Notes under the pieces: model-generated
Database searches by the model: none
Told to the model about the DNA's origin: nothing
What the model saw: the letters and a program-made list of their open reading frames with translations, nothing else
Part shown: in pieces, positions 1 to 12,300 of the stretch
Layout: the number at the start of each line of letters is the position of its first letter
Numbering within the stretch: the first letter of the stretch is position 1
Program-made: the position numbers and the translations under genes
NCBI GenBank assembly: GCA_950097015.1
Contig: CATNEN010000001.1
Location: forward strand, 18,786,001 to 18,850,000
Direction: 5' to 3'
Origin: Macrostomum hystrix
Lineage: Eukaryota > Animalia > Platyhelminthes
DNA length: 64,000 bases

Positions 1-920
1 AGGTGAGAGTGAATGTGTTACAGGTGAGAGTGAATGTGATACAGGTGAGAGTGAATGTGACACAGGTGAGAGTGAATGTGACACAGGTGAGAGTGAATGT
101 GACACAGGTGAGAGTGAATGTGACACAGGTGAGAGTGAATGTGTTACAGGTGAGAGTGAATGTGTTACAGGTGAGAGTGAATGTGTTACAGGTGAGAGTG
201 AATGTGTTACAGGTGAGAGTGAATGTGATACAGGTGAGAGTGAATGTGACACAGGTGAGAGTGAATGTGACACAGGTGAGAGTGAATGTGACACAGGTGA
301 GAGTGAATGTGACACAGGTGAGAGTGAATGTGACACAGGTGAGAGTGAATCTGACACAGGTGAGAGTGAATGTGACACAGGTGAGAGTGAATTTGACACA
401 GGTGACAGTGAATGTGACACAGGTGAGAGTGAATGTGACACAGGTGACAGTGAATGTGACACAGGTGAGAGTGAATGTGACACAGGTGAGAGTGAATGTG
501 ACACAGGTGAGAGTGAATGTGACACAGGTGACAGTGAATGTGACACAGGTGTCAGTGAATGTGACACAGGTGACAGTGAATGTGACACAGGTGAGAGTGA
601 ATGTGACACAGGTGAGAGTGAATGTGACACAGGTGACAGTGAATGTGACACAGGTGTCAGTGAATGTGACACAGGTGACAGTGAATGTGACACAGGTGTC
701 AGTGAATGTGACACAGGTGACAGTGAATGTGACACAGGTGTCAGTGAATGTGACACAGGTGACAGTGAATGTGACACAGGTGAGAGTGAATGTGACACAG
801 GTGAGAGTGAATGTGACACAGGTGACAGTGAATGTGACACAGGTGAGAGTGAATGTGACACAGGTGAGAGTGAATGTGACACAGGTGAGAGTGAATGTGA
901 CACAGGTGACAGTGAATTTG
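1..920. repeat. 21-bp minisatellite (CAGGTGAGAGTGAATGTGACA)n, truncated by window start
   Basis: About 44 near-identical 21-bp units; explains the spurious QVRVNVT ORF. Confidence 0.97.
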
Positions 921-1544
921 ACGTAAATAACAATCAGTGTAGTGAAATGTGAGCCGTTGATCTCACACAGGAATTGTGCAATCAGCTTTAATCGCATTCA
1001 TAAATCACACAAAATCCAAAACAATGAGTCCTTAGCTGGAGGTCAAGAGGTCGGATGATTTGTAGCATATTGCACCTGCTCATCAACTGCTTGGCTGCAA
1101 TGACATCCAGCACGGTTGGTTTCAACTCAGACGACGGCGGAATGGCATGAAAACAAACACAACAGGGGATCTGTCAGAGACCTTGGTCCCGTGAGGCTAG
1201 TTTGAGCAGCTCTCATTGCATAACAAGCGCGTATATCAATTTTCATTCAGCGATTGTTCAGAATGTGGTATTGTTGCATCAGCCATATCGTGCCACTGGG
1301 ACAACTCCACACAATGGGCCAATAATAAAGGAACCGGTGCTTTATGTAATGAACGCACCGCGTGCAATGGTGCGCGCCAAGAATTTCGCTAAATAGAAAA
1401 AAACTAAAACAATAAAATTTCTGCTAGGCTGTCTTCTTAAAATCAAGGACAGAAAAATAAAAAAGCAATATTTTTATGGAAATTTTCCTGGCATTATTTG
1501 CTGTCTGTAGCTTGTTGATTAATGAGAGTTGAGATTGGAGAGAC

Positions 1545-2320
1545 GGGGAGAGAGAGGAAGGGTAGAGAGGGGGTAGAAGAAGGGTAGAGAGGGGGCAGAA
1601 GAAGGGTAGAGAGGGGGCAGAAGAAGGGTAGAGAGGGGGCAGAAGAAGGGTAGAGAGGGGGCAGAAGAAGGGTAGAGAGGGGGCAGAAGAAGGGTAGAGA
1701 GGGGGCAGAAGGGTAGAGAGGGGGCAGAAGGAGGGTAGAGAGGGGGCAGAAGAAGGGTAGAGAGGGGGCAGAAGAAGTGTAGGGAGGGGGCAGAAGAAGG
1801 GTAGAGGGGGGCAGAAGAAGGAGAGAGAAAGGGCAGAAGCGGGGAGAGAAGGGTAGAGAGGGGGCAGAAGAAGGGTAGAGAGGGAGCAGAAGAAGGGTAG
1901 GGAGGGGGCAGAAGAAGGATAGAGAGGGGGCAGAACGAGGGTAGAGAAGGGGCAGAAGAAGGAGAGAGAAAGGGCAGAAGAGGGGAGAGAAGGGTAGAGA
2001 GGGGGCAGAAGAAGGGTAGAGAGGAGGCAGAAGAAAGGGAGAGAAGGGGCAGAAGAAGGGTAGAGAGGGAGCAGAAGAAGGAGAGAGAAAGGGCAGAAGC
2101 GGGGAGAGAAGGGTAGAGAGGGGGCAGAAGAAGGGTAGGGAGGGGGCAGAAGAAGGGTAGAGAGGGGGCAGAACGAGGGTAGAGAAGGGGCAGAAGAAGG
2201 AGAGAGAAAGGGCAGAAGAGGGGAGAGAAGGGTAGAGAGGGGGCAGAAGAAAGGGAGAGAAGGGGCAGAGGAAGGGGAGAGACGGGGCAGAAGAACGGGA
2301 GAGAAGGCTAAGAGGGAAAG
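1545..2320. repeat. Purine-rich ~22-bp degenerate minisatellite (AGAAGAAGGGTAGAGAGGGGGC)n
   Basis: Visible tandem units with variants. Confidence 0.9.
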
Positions 2321-2984
2321 GGAGATTATCTAAGAATAGGCGAGATTATTGCTTCAAGACAGAGTTGAGTGAGCCAGGTAAATATAGCAGCAGTAGGTGA
2401 GTCATAATGTGTCTGGGAGACACTGAAGCACTGGCCTAGCCAAGTAACAAAACATTGCCCAGTAAACAGAGCTCGGATACAAGAAACAATAGTAAAATTG
2501 CATCACACCCAACCCAACCTGTGATTGATGCTAATCTGCAGTGTTTCGAAATCCGCACGAAATCCAGTGTCCACCTGGTTACTACGCAACCAGCCTTTAA
2601 GTCGAAGTCAGCTTGGCCATAAATCATTATTTGTAAGGGCGATTGCATCACCGCTGCTGAAACTATGCTCAACTGTGCTCAAACCAATGGCCACCAGAAT
2701 GAGAGATCTCAAAAACTTTCAGCATGTTTGCCTTTGTGCTAACTTTGAGTCGACTAAAGCGTTGCGCAACAGTGAGGGCCCAGTGCTCAAATGAGCTGGG
2801 GTCTGAGCAGGTCGAATTTCTGGTTGACTCAGTGACTTTATTGCAGGGGCTGCAATTAGAGCCAAATCTTTTGAATCTTTTAAACTGCTGGCGACGATAA
2901 ATATCAATACAGCTGCCAGCGCCGATAACTGCCCCCCATGGAATTAGATCTGACTGCAAGCATCTGCTTGATGTCATGCTGATA

Positions 2985-3650
2985 CACCTACTACTGACAA
3001 AACCACTGACACCAAAGCTACTGACAAAACCACTGACACCACGGCTACTGACAAAACTACTGGCACCACGGCTACTGACAAAACTACTGGCACCACGGCT
3101 ACTGAAAAAACTACTGGCACCACGGCTACTGAAAAAACTACTGACACCACGGCTACTGACAAAACTACTGACACCACGGCCACTGACAAAACTACTGACA
3201 CCACGGCCACTGACAAAACTACTGACACCACGGCCACTGACAAAACTACTGACACCACGGCCACTGACAAAACTACTGACAGCTCGGCTACTGACAAAAC
3301 TACTGGCACCACGGCTACTGAAAAAACTACTGACACCACGGCTACTGACAAAACTACTGACACCACGGCTACTGACAAAACTACTGACACCACGGCCACT
3401 GACAAAACTACTGACACCACGGCTACTGACAAAACTACTGACAGCTCGGCTACTGACAAAACTACTGGCACCACGGCTACTGAAAAAACTACTGACACCA
3501 CGGCTACTGACAAAACTACTGACACCACGGCTACTGACAAAACTACTGACACCACGGCCACTGACAAAACTACTGACACCACGGCTACTGACAAAACTAC
3601 TGACACCACGGCTACTGACAAAACTACTGACACCTCGGCTACTGACAAAG
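2985..3650 (+). repeat. 27-bp tandem repeat that reads as Thr-rich TTDTTATDK; possible remnant of a mucin-like coding region
   Basis: Unit ACTACTGACACCACGGCTACTGACAAA. Variants are codon-respecting (GAC>GGC, GAC>GAA, GCT>GCC, ACCACG>AGCTCG). The frame has a TGA just upstream and no clear start or acceptor. Confidence 0.85.
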
Positions 3651-4078
3651 CACAGGCGGAACTGAAAACAATTAAGCCGATCAATCAATGAATGATGACG
3701 TCAAACATAACTTTTATATGAACGAATTACGAGATCAACATAGTCATGACCTTTAAAGAAGCTTTATGCACCAGGCAGATAAATCGTCGATTCTTACCGC
3801 TTGTATATTCTTGTTGTTCAAACTAATGTAATTTCAACAAAGACATCTAGGATTCGACAAAATAAGTGCACAGTTAATTGGTCAAAATTACTACTAACAA
3901 GTAGAAATAGAAGGAAAATTTCAGCTTTCGCATAATAAATTTCTTAAATTTTAGAAAACTAAACTATTTGATTATCAAAATGTAGCAATTCGTTGTAGAA
4001 ACTTTTAAAGCAATGCATAAAAAAGGTACAAAAAAACTAGAAAATATAATATATGTACTTTAATTCAAATCAAATATT

Positions 4079-4290
4079 GATTAAGAAGAGGGGTCAAATG
4101 ACCCCATCAAACAGATTAAGAAGAGGGGTCAAATGACCCCATCAAACATATGAAGAAGAGGGGTCAAATGACCCCATCAAACATATGAAGAAGAGGGGTC
4201 AAATGACCCCATCAAACAGATTAAGAAGAGGGGTCAAATGACCCCATCAAACAGATGAAGAAGAGGGGTCAAATGACCCCATCAAACATA
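4079..4290. repeat. 35-bp tandem repeat containing hairpin GGGGTCA-AA-TGACCCC
   Basis: Six units, each with the 7-bp inverted repeat. Confidence 0.9.
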
Positions 4291-4724
4291 GGATTAGCAA
4301 AAGGATTAGGAATTGTCATAAAAATATTGATAAGCAAAGCACAATTCCTAAGAACAGTTTTTAAGACTTCAAGCCATTTATCGGCAACTTAAAAAACAAC
4401 GCGCAGAGGTCAAGTCTCTTCTTACTTCTGGTCTATCATTCTGGAATGTAAAGTCAATAATCAATATGCTCTACTTCAAGTAGAGTAGTTTGGAACAGTG
4501 TGGAAAATGTTTATCATGGAAAATGTAGCACTTTATCTATTATATCTAACAGCATATGCCCGATATAACTTTCATAACATCTGCTTTGAAACTAGCCTAG
4601 CAAAAGAGAGATCCTGACCTACAGGAGACAGGTGCATTGTCAGCAAAGAATATAATGACTACTGCCTGTCTGTGCTGGGAAAAATATGATACAAAGCGAA
4701 ATAATTACAAAAGACATTAGATTA

Positions 4725-6307
4725 GACGGGAGAAGAGGGGATAGAAAGAAGGGAGAAGAGGGGATAGAAAGAAGGGAGAAGAGGGGATAGAAAGAAGGGA
4801 GAAGAGGGGATAGAAAGAAGGGAGAAGAGGGGATGGAAAGAAGGGAGAAGAGGGGATAGAAAGAAGGGAGAAGAGGGGATAGAAAGAAGGGAGAAGAGGG
4901 GATAGAAAGAAGGGTGAAGAGGGGATAGAAAGAAGGGAGAAGAGGGGATAGAAAGAAGGGTGAAGAGGGGATAGAAAGAAGGGAGAAGAGGGGATAGAAA
5001 GAAGGGAGAAGAGGGGATAGAAAGAAGGGAGAAGAGGGGATAGAAAGAAGGGAGAAGAGGGGATAGAAAGAAGGGAGAAGAGTGGATAGAAAGAAGGGAG
5101 AAGAGGGAATAGAAAGAAGGGAGAAGAGGGAATAGAAAGAAGGGTGAAGAGGGGATAGAAAGAAGGGAGAAGAGGGGATAGAAAGAAGGGAGAAGAGGGG
5201 ATAGAAAGAAGGGAGAAGAGGGGATAGAAAGAAGGGAGAAGAGGGGATAGAAAGAAGGGTGAAGAGGGGATAGAAAGAAGGGAGAAGAGGGGATAGAAAG
5301 AAGGGTGAAGAGGGGATAGAAAGAAGGGAGAAGAGGGGATAGAAAGAAGGGAGAAGAGGGGATAGAAAGAAGGGAGAAGAGGGGATAGAAAGAAGGGAGA
5401 AGAGGGGATAGAAAGAAGGGTGAAGAGGGGATAGAAAGAAGGGAGAAGAGGGAATAGAAAGAAGGGAGAAGAGGGGATAGAAAGAAGGGAGAAGAGGGGA
5501 TAGAAAGAAGGGAGAAGAGGGGATAGAAAGAAGGGAGAAGAGGGGATAGAAAGAAGGGAGAAGAGGGGATAGAAAGAAGGGAGAAGAGGGGATAGAAAGA
5601 AGGGAGAAGAGGGGATAGAAAGAAGGGAGAAGAGGGGATAGAAAGAAGGGAGAAGAGGGGATAGAAAGAAGGGAGAAGAGGGGATAGAAAGAAGGGAGAA
5701 GAGTGGATAGAAAGAAGGGAGAAGAGGGAATAGAAAGAAGGGAGAAGAGGGGATAGAAAGAAGGGAGAAGAGGGGATAGAAAGAAGGGAGAAGAGGGGAT
5801 AGAAAGAAGGGAGAAGAGGGGATAGAAAGAAGGGAGAAGAGGGGATAGAAAGAAGGGAGAAGAGGGGATAGAAAGAAGGGAGAAGAGTGGATAGAAAGAA
5901 GGGAGAAGAGGGGATAGAAAGAAGGGAGAAGAGGGGATAGAAAGAAGAGAGAAGAGGGGATAGAAAGAAGGGAGAAGAGGGGATAGAAAGAAGGGAGAAG
6001 AGGGGATAGAAAGAAGGGAGAAGAGGGGATAGAAAGAAGGGAGAAGAGGGGATAGAAAGAAGGGAGAAGAGGGGATAGAAAGAAGGGAGAAGAGGGGATA
6101 GAAAGAAGGGAGAAGAGGGGATAGAAAGAAGGGAGAAGAGGGGATAGAAAGAAGGGAGAAGAGGGGATAGAAAGAAGGGAGAAGAGGGGATAGAAAGAAG
6201 GGAGAAGAGGGGATAGAAAGAAGGGAGAAGAGGGGATAGAAAGAAGGGAGAAGAGGGGATAGAAAGAAGGGAGAAGAGGGGATAGAAAGAAGGGAGAAGA
6301 GGGGATA
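4725..6307. repeat. 23-bp purine minisatellite (GAAGAGGGGATAGAAAGAAGGGA)n
   Basis: About 68 units; explains the 563/546-aa low-complexity ORFs. Confidence 0.97.
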
Positions 6308-6869
6308 TAAAAAAGATGCTTCGAAATACAATTATTAAGGTCGAATAACCGCGGCTAATCAAAAGAGCTAAAGGACAAGGTGTGAGAAAATATAAAATAA
6401 AAAAGCAGAGAAACTAGAAGCCAATTAATTCCCAAACTCAGAAACAGAAACTAGGCATTATTTCGCATCAAATTACTAAAGCGAGAGGCAAATGTCACAC
6501 AACTACAAACTGAATTAGAAAGATCCCAAACTGACTAGGATATTGTTATGCTTGATGAAAGATGGAAAAATCCTCGACCTAGGCAAGGCAAGCCAGTGAT
6601 GACGTAACAGGCTATGACGTAGCATGCAGGGGAGGCTTGAGCACAGGGGGCTTTGGCGGCACGCGTTTACAAAAGCTGGAAGCTCTGACGCATGATTTAT
6701 TGTGTATAATGCTTTGTTTGTGTTTTTTCTATCAATTCGCAAATACTGGAACAGCGGATGTGACTGCCATTGGAGGGTGGCAAGAATAACTAGCTAAAAA
6801 TATTGCGATCATAAATACACTGTTGAACAAAGACTAGTGAAACAATGGAGGCGGATGAGATTTGGGAAA

Positions 6870-7420
6870 TGGGAGAGGGGAGAATGATTGGGGGAGATGG
6901 GAGAGGGGAGAATGATTAGGGAGATGGGAGAGGGGAGAATGATTAGGGAGATGGGAGAGGGGAGAATGATTAGGGAGATGGGAGAGGGGAGAATGATTAG
7001 GGAGATGGGAGAGGGGAGAATGATTAGGGAGATGGGAGAGGGGAGAATGATTAGGGAGATGGGAGAGGGGAGAATGATTAGGGAGATGGGAGAGGGGAGA
7101 ATGATTAGGGAGATGGGAGAGGGGAGAATGATTAGGGAGATGGGAGAGGGGAGAATGATTAGGGAGATGGGAGAGGGGAGAATGATTAGGGAGATGGGAG
7201 AGGGGAGAATGATTAGGGAGATGGGAGAGGGGAGAATGATTAGGGAGATGGGAGAGGGGAGAATGATGGGGGAGATGGGAGAGGGGAGAATGATTGGGGG
7301 AGATGGGAGAGGGGAGAATGATTGGGGGAGATGGGAGAGGGGAGAATGATTTGGGAGATAGGAGAGGGGATATGGGAGAGGGGATATGGGAGAGGGGAGA
7401 ATGATTGGGGAGATGGGGGG
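6870..7420. repeat. 27-bp minisatellite (GGGAGATGGGAGAGGGGAGAATGATTA)n
   Basis: Tandem units, degenerate at the ends. Confidence 0.95.
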
Positions 7421-8074
7421 AGTGGTGTAGCTGGTAGAGGAAGAATGAGGATAAAAGGCAGATCGAATCGGTAATTGTGCAAGAGCAAGATAAGAGTTCT
7501 GTAAGGAGCAGTTTTGAATAATTTCTGACATTGGAAAGCGGACATGTGAAAGATGAGATGAGGAGACACAGTGAAGCACCAAAAGCTGACTATAATTTGC
7601 AAGAATCCAAGTCGATTTGCGAGGTCATGGAGGTCACGATAGAAATTGACAGCCGAAACGCGGGCCACTACAAACACCAGACAAATCAGAGTGATTTTGC
7701 TTGTCACAATCGTGTAGGCTTGCATCGCGGCAAGACACTTAAAAAAATCTGGGGAACATCAATTTTTACAATTCTAGTTCATTCCTACCCATTGGCCCAC
7801 CTCCGGAAACGGCTGATTCAACAAGCCCTTCTCTTCAGCACTGTCTCTCCACTTCATTAGAACCGGCGAGAAGCGAATCTGGATGCCGGGATTAGGGGAA
7901 AAGAGGAAGAGAGAAGGGAAGTAAGGAAGACAATTTTGTTTGATAAACATCTGCATGGTAAAGTAGTAAAATATATATTTCCAGAAAAAATACTGTCCGG
8001 CTACTAGAAAACTTGTGAATTTACTGACTTTACCGGACATCACTCCTCACTCTACCTCACCTAATTGATCTTAA

Positions 8075-8630
8075 CTGCAATGTACGCAGACTAGCCAAGA
8101 ACAGACACCTCACTTCACATTAATATTCGCTGCAATGTACGCAGACTAGCCAAGAACAGACACCTCACTTCGCATTAATATTCGCTGCAATGTACGCAGA
8201 CTAGCCAAGAACAGACACCTCACTCCACATTAATATTCGCTGCAATGTACGCAGACTAGCCAAGAACAGACACCTCACTCCACATTAATATTCGCTGCAA
8301 TGTACGCAGACTAGCCAAGAACAGACACCTCACTCCACATTAATATTCGCTGCAATGTACGCAGACTAGCCAAGAACAGACACCTCACTCCACATTAATA
8401 TTCGCTGCAATGTACGCAGACTAGCCAAGAACAGACACCTCACTCCACATTAATATTCGCTGCAATGTACGCAGACTAGCCAAGAACAGACACCTCACTC
8501 CACATTAATATTCGCTGCAATGTACGCAGGCTAGCCAAGAACAGACACCTCACTCCACATTAATATTCGCTGCAATGTACGCAGACTAGCCAAGAACAGA
8601 CACCTCACTCCACATTAATATTCGTTACAA
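8075..8630. repeat. 55-bp minisatellite
   Basis: About 10 units of GCTGCAATGTACGCAGACTAGCCAAGAACAGACACCTCACTCCACATTAATATTC. Confidence 0.95.
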
Positions 8631-8800
8631 TTTTTCCAGTCTAGATAGGAATTAGCAGCAGCTTACCATTACTAGTAATCGATGCACGGCTTAAGCAGAT
8701 AAAAAAATATATATTGAATCGCACTTGAAAAGAAGCTCATATTGACACCACCATGCTTTGGCACTGCTGAGAGTTGTAGGAACGCGGGTAGCCAGTCATG

Positions 8801-9625
8801 TCAGCCACCGCTGATAGGCGGTATGACCGCCAGCTCGTCGCCCGCTTTAACTCGAATATCCCGATCCTCTGGATAAACATACTCCTGGTTGACGCTGAGC
8901 ACAAAACAACCATTGAGTTGGCTGAGACTGGAAATTATATTTTCGAAAAGAATTGCATTAGACACGAATGGTTAAAAGAAAAAAACAGTGGAGAAAAAAA
9001 TAACCTACCATGGAAACAGACCGCAGATTTGGTCCTTGAGGCTCGCACCGGATTCAAATATATCCCGATGCAGTGTGATCTCGGCTTCACTGCAGCCAGC
9101 TAAATCTTTACTTTTAGCAAAGAAGCGCAGTTTTACAGCCTGCGAAATGGTCAGGATAAAATTATTGGGTTAAGGGCTGTCTAGGGGTTGTCTAGCCCCG
9201 CACTGAATGTACGCCCAATGTACGACCTCGTACATAAGCTAGCTACTAACAACCCCCTCCGCCAGACTGAATGTACATTAGGCTAGAGAACAACCCCTCC
9301 GCCAACTGTATGTACATTAGGCTAGCCAACAACCCCTCCGCAAGATTGAATGTACATTAGGCTGGCCAACAACCCCTCCGCCAGCCTGAATGTTCAAAAC
9401 AAGAAAAAAATTCTTGGATGACTACTCGATACTCGATAGACACCTCAGCATTTATAAAGGTCAAAGAAAAAAACTGCCGCATGTCTAAACTTCACAATCT
9501 AAAATGGCACCGGAAAAGAACGTATTTTGTTTCGATTCTAACCGAAAACTGCATTGCAGCTTTATTATCGGGAAAGTCTAGATAGAGGTACAAAACTAGG
9601 AATATAAATTTACGAGTAGAAACAT
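8801..9625 (-). CDS. MOCS2A: Molybdopterin synthase sulfur-carrier subunit (MoaD/MOCS2A), ~89 aa
   Basis: Not in the ORF track. Spliced exons 9139-9009 (AVKLRFFAKSKDLAGCSEAEITL...) and 8927-8801 (...FVLSVNQEYV...GDELAVIPPISGG*) with GT-AG and matching phase. FFAKS, VNQEY and the C-terminal IPPISGG are MoaD/MOCS2A hallmarks. First exon 9625-9614 (MFLL|GTAAAT) is tentative. Confidence 0.9.
9200..9395. repeat. Degenerate ~39-bp repeat (AATGTACATTAGGCTAGCCAACAACCCCTCCGCC...) in probable MOCS2A intron 1
   Basis: About four imperfect units. Confidence 0.7.
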
Positions 9626-10029
9626 CGAGAAATTTGGGCGAGACGGTGGAAAGCGGAAGTTAGAAGAACTAGACAATTGACCCACATGTAGACACAGTAA
9701 AGTGCAAGCTGAAACATGCCTCCGCTTGTATTATATATTATTACACGGAACTTACTAAGGCAAAATGCTAATAGGATAAACAGCTGTTCGATGACTTCGC
9801 TGCGGGTGCCCAGCCAAATCCAGTGGCTGCACCAGTTTACTCCGAAGCATCCCAAATCTAAACTTGCCTCTCCTACCCCCGGGTAGGCGGATCCTCTCCA
9901 TAATTATCCTCCCAGCCTGTTAGCAAAGCAAGCTAGAAAAAACATTTCCACAAGAGGTCAGACTGGGTCACCGTGGCGTGCCGCTCCTACAGCCTCGCAA
10001 ACTCAGTCATCGATGAACCAATAAATTAC

Positions 10030-12300
10030 GATTGTCCACTCCTGCCTATCTTTCTCAATCGCGATTGTCTGTCCACTACTGTCTGTCTTTCTCAACCTCG
10101 ATTGTCTGTCCTCTCCTGCCTGTCTTTCTCAATCTCCATTGTCTGTCCACTCCTGCCTGTCTTTCTCAATCTCCATTGTCTGTCCACTCCTGCCTGTCTT
10201 AATTAACCACAATTGTCTGTCCACTCCTGCCTGTCTTTCTCAATCTCGATGGTCTGTCCTCTCCTGCTTGTATTTCTCAATCTCGATTGTCTGTCCTCTC
10301 CTGCCTGTCTTTCTCAATCTCGATTGTGTCCTCTCCTGCCTGTCTTTCTCAATATCGATTGTCTGTCCTCTCCTGCCTGTCTTTCTCAATCTCGATTGTC
10401 TGTCCTCTCCTGCCTGTCTTTCTCAATCTCGATTGTCTGTCCACTGCAGCCTGTCTGAATTAACCACTATTGTCTGTCCACTACTGCCTGTCTTTCTCAA
10501 ACTCGATTGTCTGTCCACTCCTGCCTGTCTTTCTCAAACTCGATTGTCTGTCCACTCCTGCCTGTCTTTCTCAAACTCGATTGTCTGTCCACTCCTGCCT
10601 GTCTTTCTCAAACTCGATTGTCTGTCCACTCCTGCCTGTCTTTCTCAAACTCGATTGTCTGTCCACTCCTGCCTGTCTTTCTCAAACTCGATTGTCTGTC
10701 CACTCCTGCCTGTCTTTCTCAAACTCGATTGTCTGTCCACTCCTGCCTGTCTTTCTCAATCTCGATTGTCTGTCCTCTCCTTCTGCCTGTCTTTCTCAAA
10801 CTCGATTGTCTGTCCTCTCCTGCCTGTCTTTCTCAAACTCGATTGTCTGTCCACTCCTGCCTGTCTTTCTCAATCTCGATTGTCTGTCCTCTCCTTCTGC
10901 CTGTCTTTCTCAAACTCGATTGTCTGTCCACTCCTGCCTGTCTTTCTCAAACTCGATTGTCTGTCCACTCCTGCCTGTCTTTCTCAAACTCGATTGTCTG
11001 TCCTCTCCTGCCTGTCTTTCTCAAACTCGATTGTCTGTCCACTCCTGCCTGTCTTTCTCAAACTCGATTGTCTGTCCACTCCTGCCTGTCTTTCTCAAAC
11101 TCGATTGTCTGTCCACTCCTGCCTGTCTTTCTCAATCTCGATTGTCTGTCCTCTCCTTCTGCCTGTCTTTCTCAAACTCGATTGTCTGTCCTCTCCTGCC
11201 TGTCTTTCTCAAACTCGATTGTCTGTCCACTCCTGCCTGTCTTTCTCAATCTCGATTGTCTGTCCTCTCCTTCTGCCTGTCTTTCTCAAACTCGATTGTC
11301 TGTCCACTCCTGCCTGTCTTTCTCAAACTCGATTGTCTGTCCACTCCTGCCTGTCTTTCTCAAACTCGATTGTCTGTCCACTCCTGCCTGTCTTTCTCAA
11401 ACTCGATTGTCTGTCCACTCCTGCCTGTCTTTCTCAAACTCGATTGTCTGTCCACTCCTGCCTGTCTTTCTCAAACTCGATTGTCTGTCCACTCCTGCCT
11501 GTCTTTCTCAAACTCGATTGTCTGTCCACTCCTGCCTGTCTTTCTCAAACTCGATTGTCTGTCCACTCCTGCCTGTCTTTCTCAAACTCGATTGTCTGTC
11601 CACTCCTGCCTGTCTTTCTCAAACTCGATTGTCTGTCCACTCCTGCCTGTCTTTCTCAAACTCGATTGTCTGTCCACTCCTGCCTGTCTTTCTCAAACTC
11701 GATTGTCTGTCCACTCCTGCCTGTCTTTCTCAATCTCGATTGTCTGTCCTCTCCTTCTGCCTGTCTTTCTCAAACTCGATTGTCTGTCCTCTCCTGCCTG
11801 TCTTTCTCAAACTCGATTGTCTGTCCACTCCTGCCTGTCTTTCTCAAACTCGATTGTCTGTCCACTCCTGCCTGTCTTTCTCAATCTCGATTGTCTGTCC
11901 TCTCCTTCTGCCTGTCTTTCTCAAACTCGATTGTCTGTCCACTCCTGCCTGTCTTTCTCAAACTCGATTGTCTGTCCACTCCTGCCTGTCTTTCTCAAAC
12001 TCGATTGTCTGTCCACTCCTGCCTGTCTTTCTCAAACTCGATTGTCTGTCCACTCCTGCCTGTCCTTCTCAATCGCGATTGTCTGTCCACTCCTGTCTGT
12101 CTTTCTCAAACTCGATTGTCTGTCCACTCCTGCCTGTCTTTCTCAAACTCGATTGTCTGTCCACTCCTGCCTGTCTTTCTCAAACTCGATTGTCTGTCCA
12201 CTCCTGTCTGTCTTTCTCAAACTCGATTGTCTGTCCTCTCCTGCCTGTCTTTCTCAACCTCGATTGTCTGTCCTCTCCTGCCTGTCTTTCTTAACAAACA
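10030..12300. repeat. 37-bp minisatellite (CTCGATTGTCTGTCCACTCCTGCCTGTCTTTCTCAAA)n with 40-bp variant units
   Basis: About 60 units; stop-free in all three + frames, hence the 595-770 aa pseudo-ORFs. Confidence 0.97.

Noticed and set aside
8075-8630. CRISPR-like appearance of the regular arrays (also 13768-14518, 53804-54345)
   Set aside because: Head-to-tail units with no unique spacers, no cas genes, eukaryotic context.
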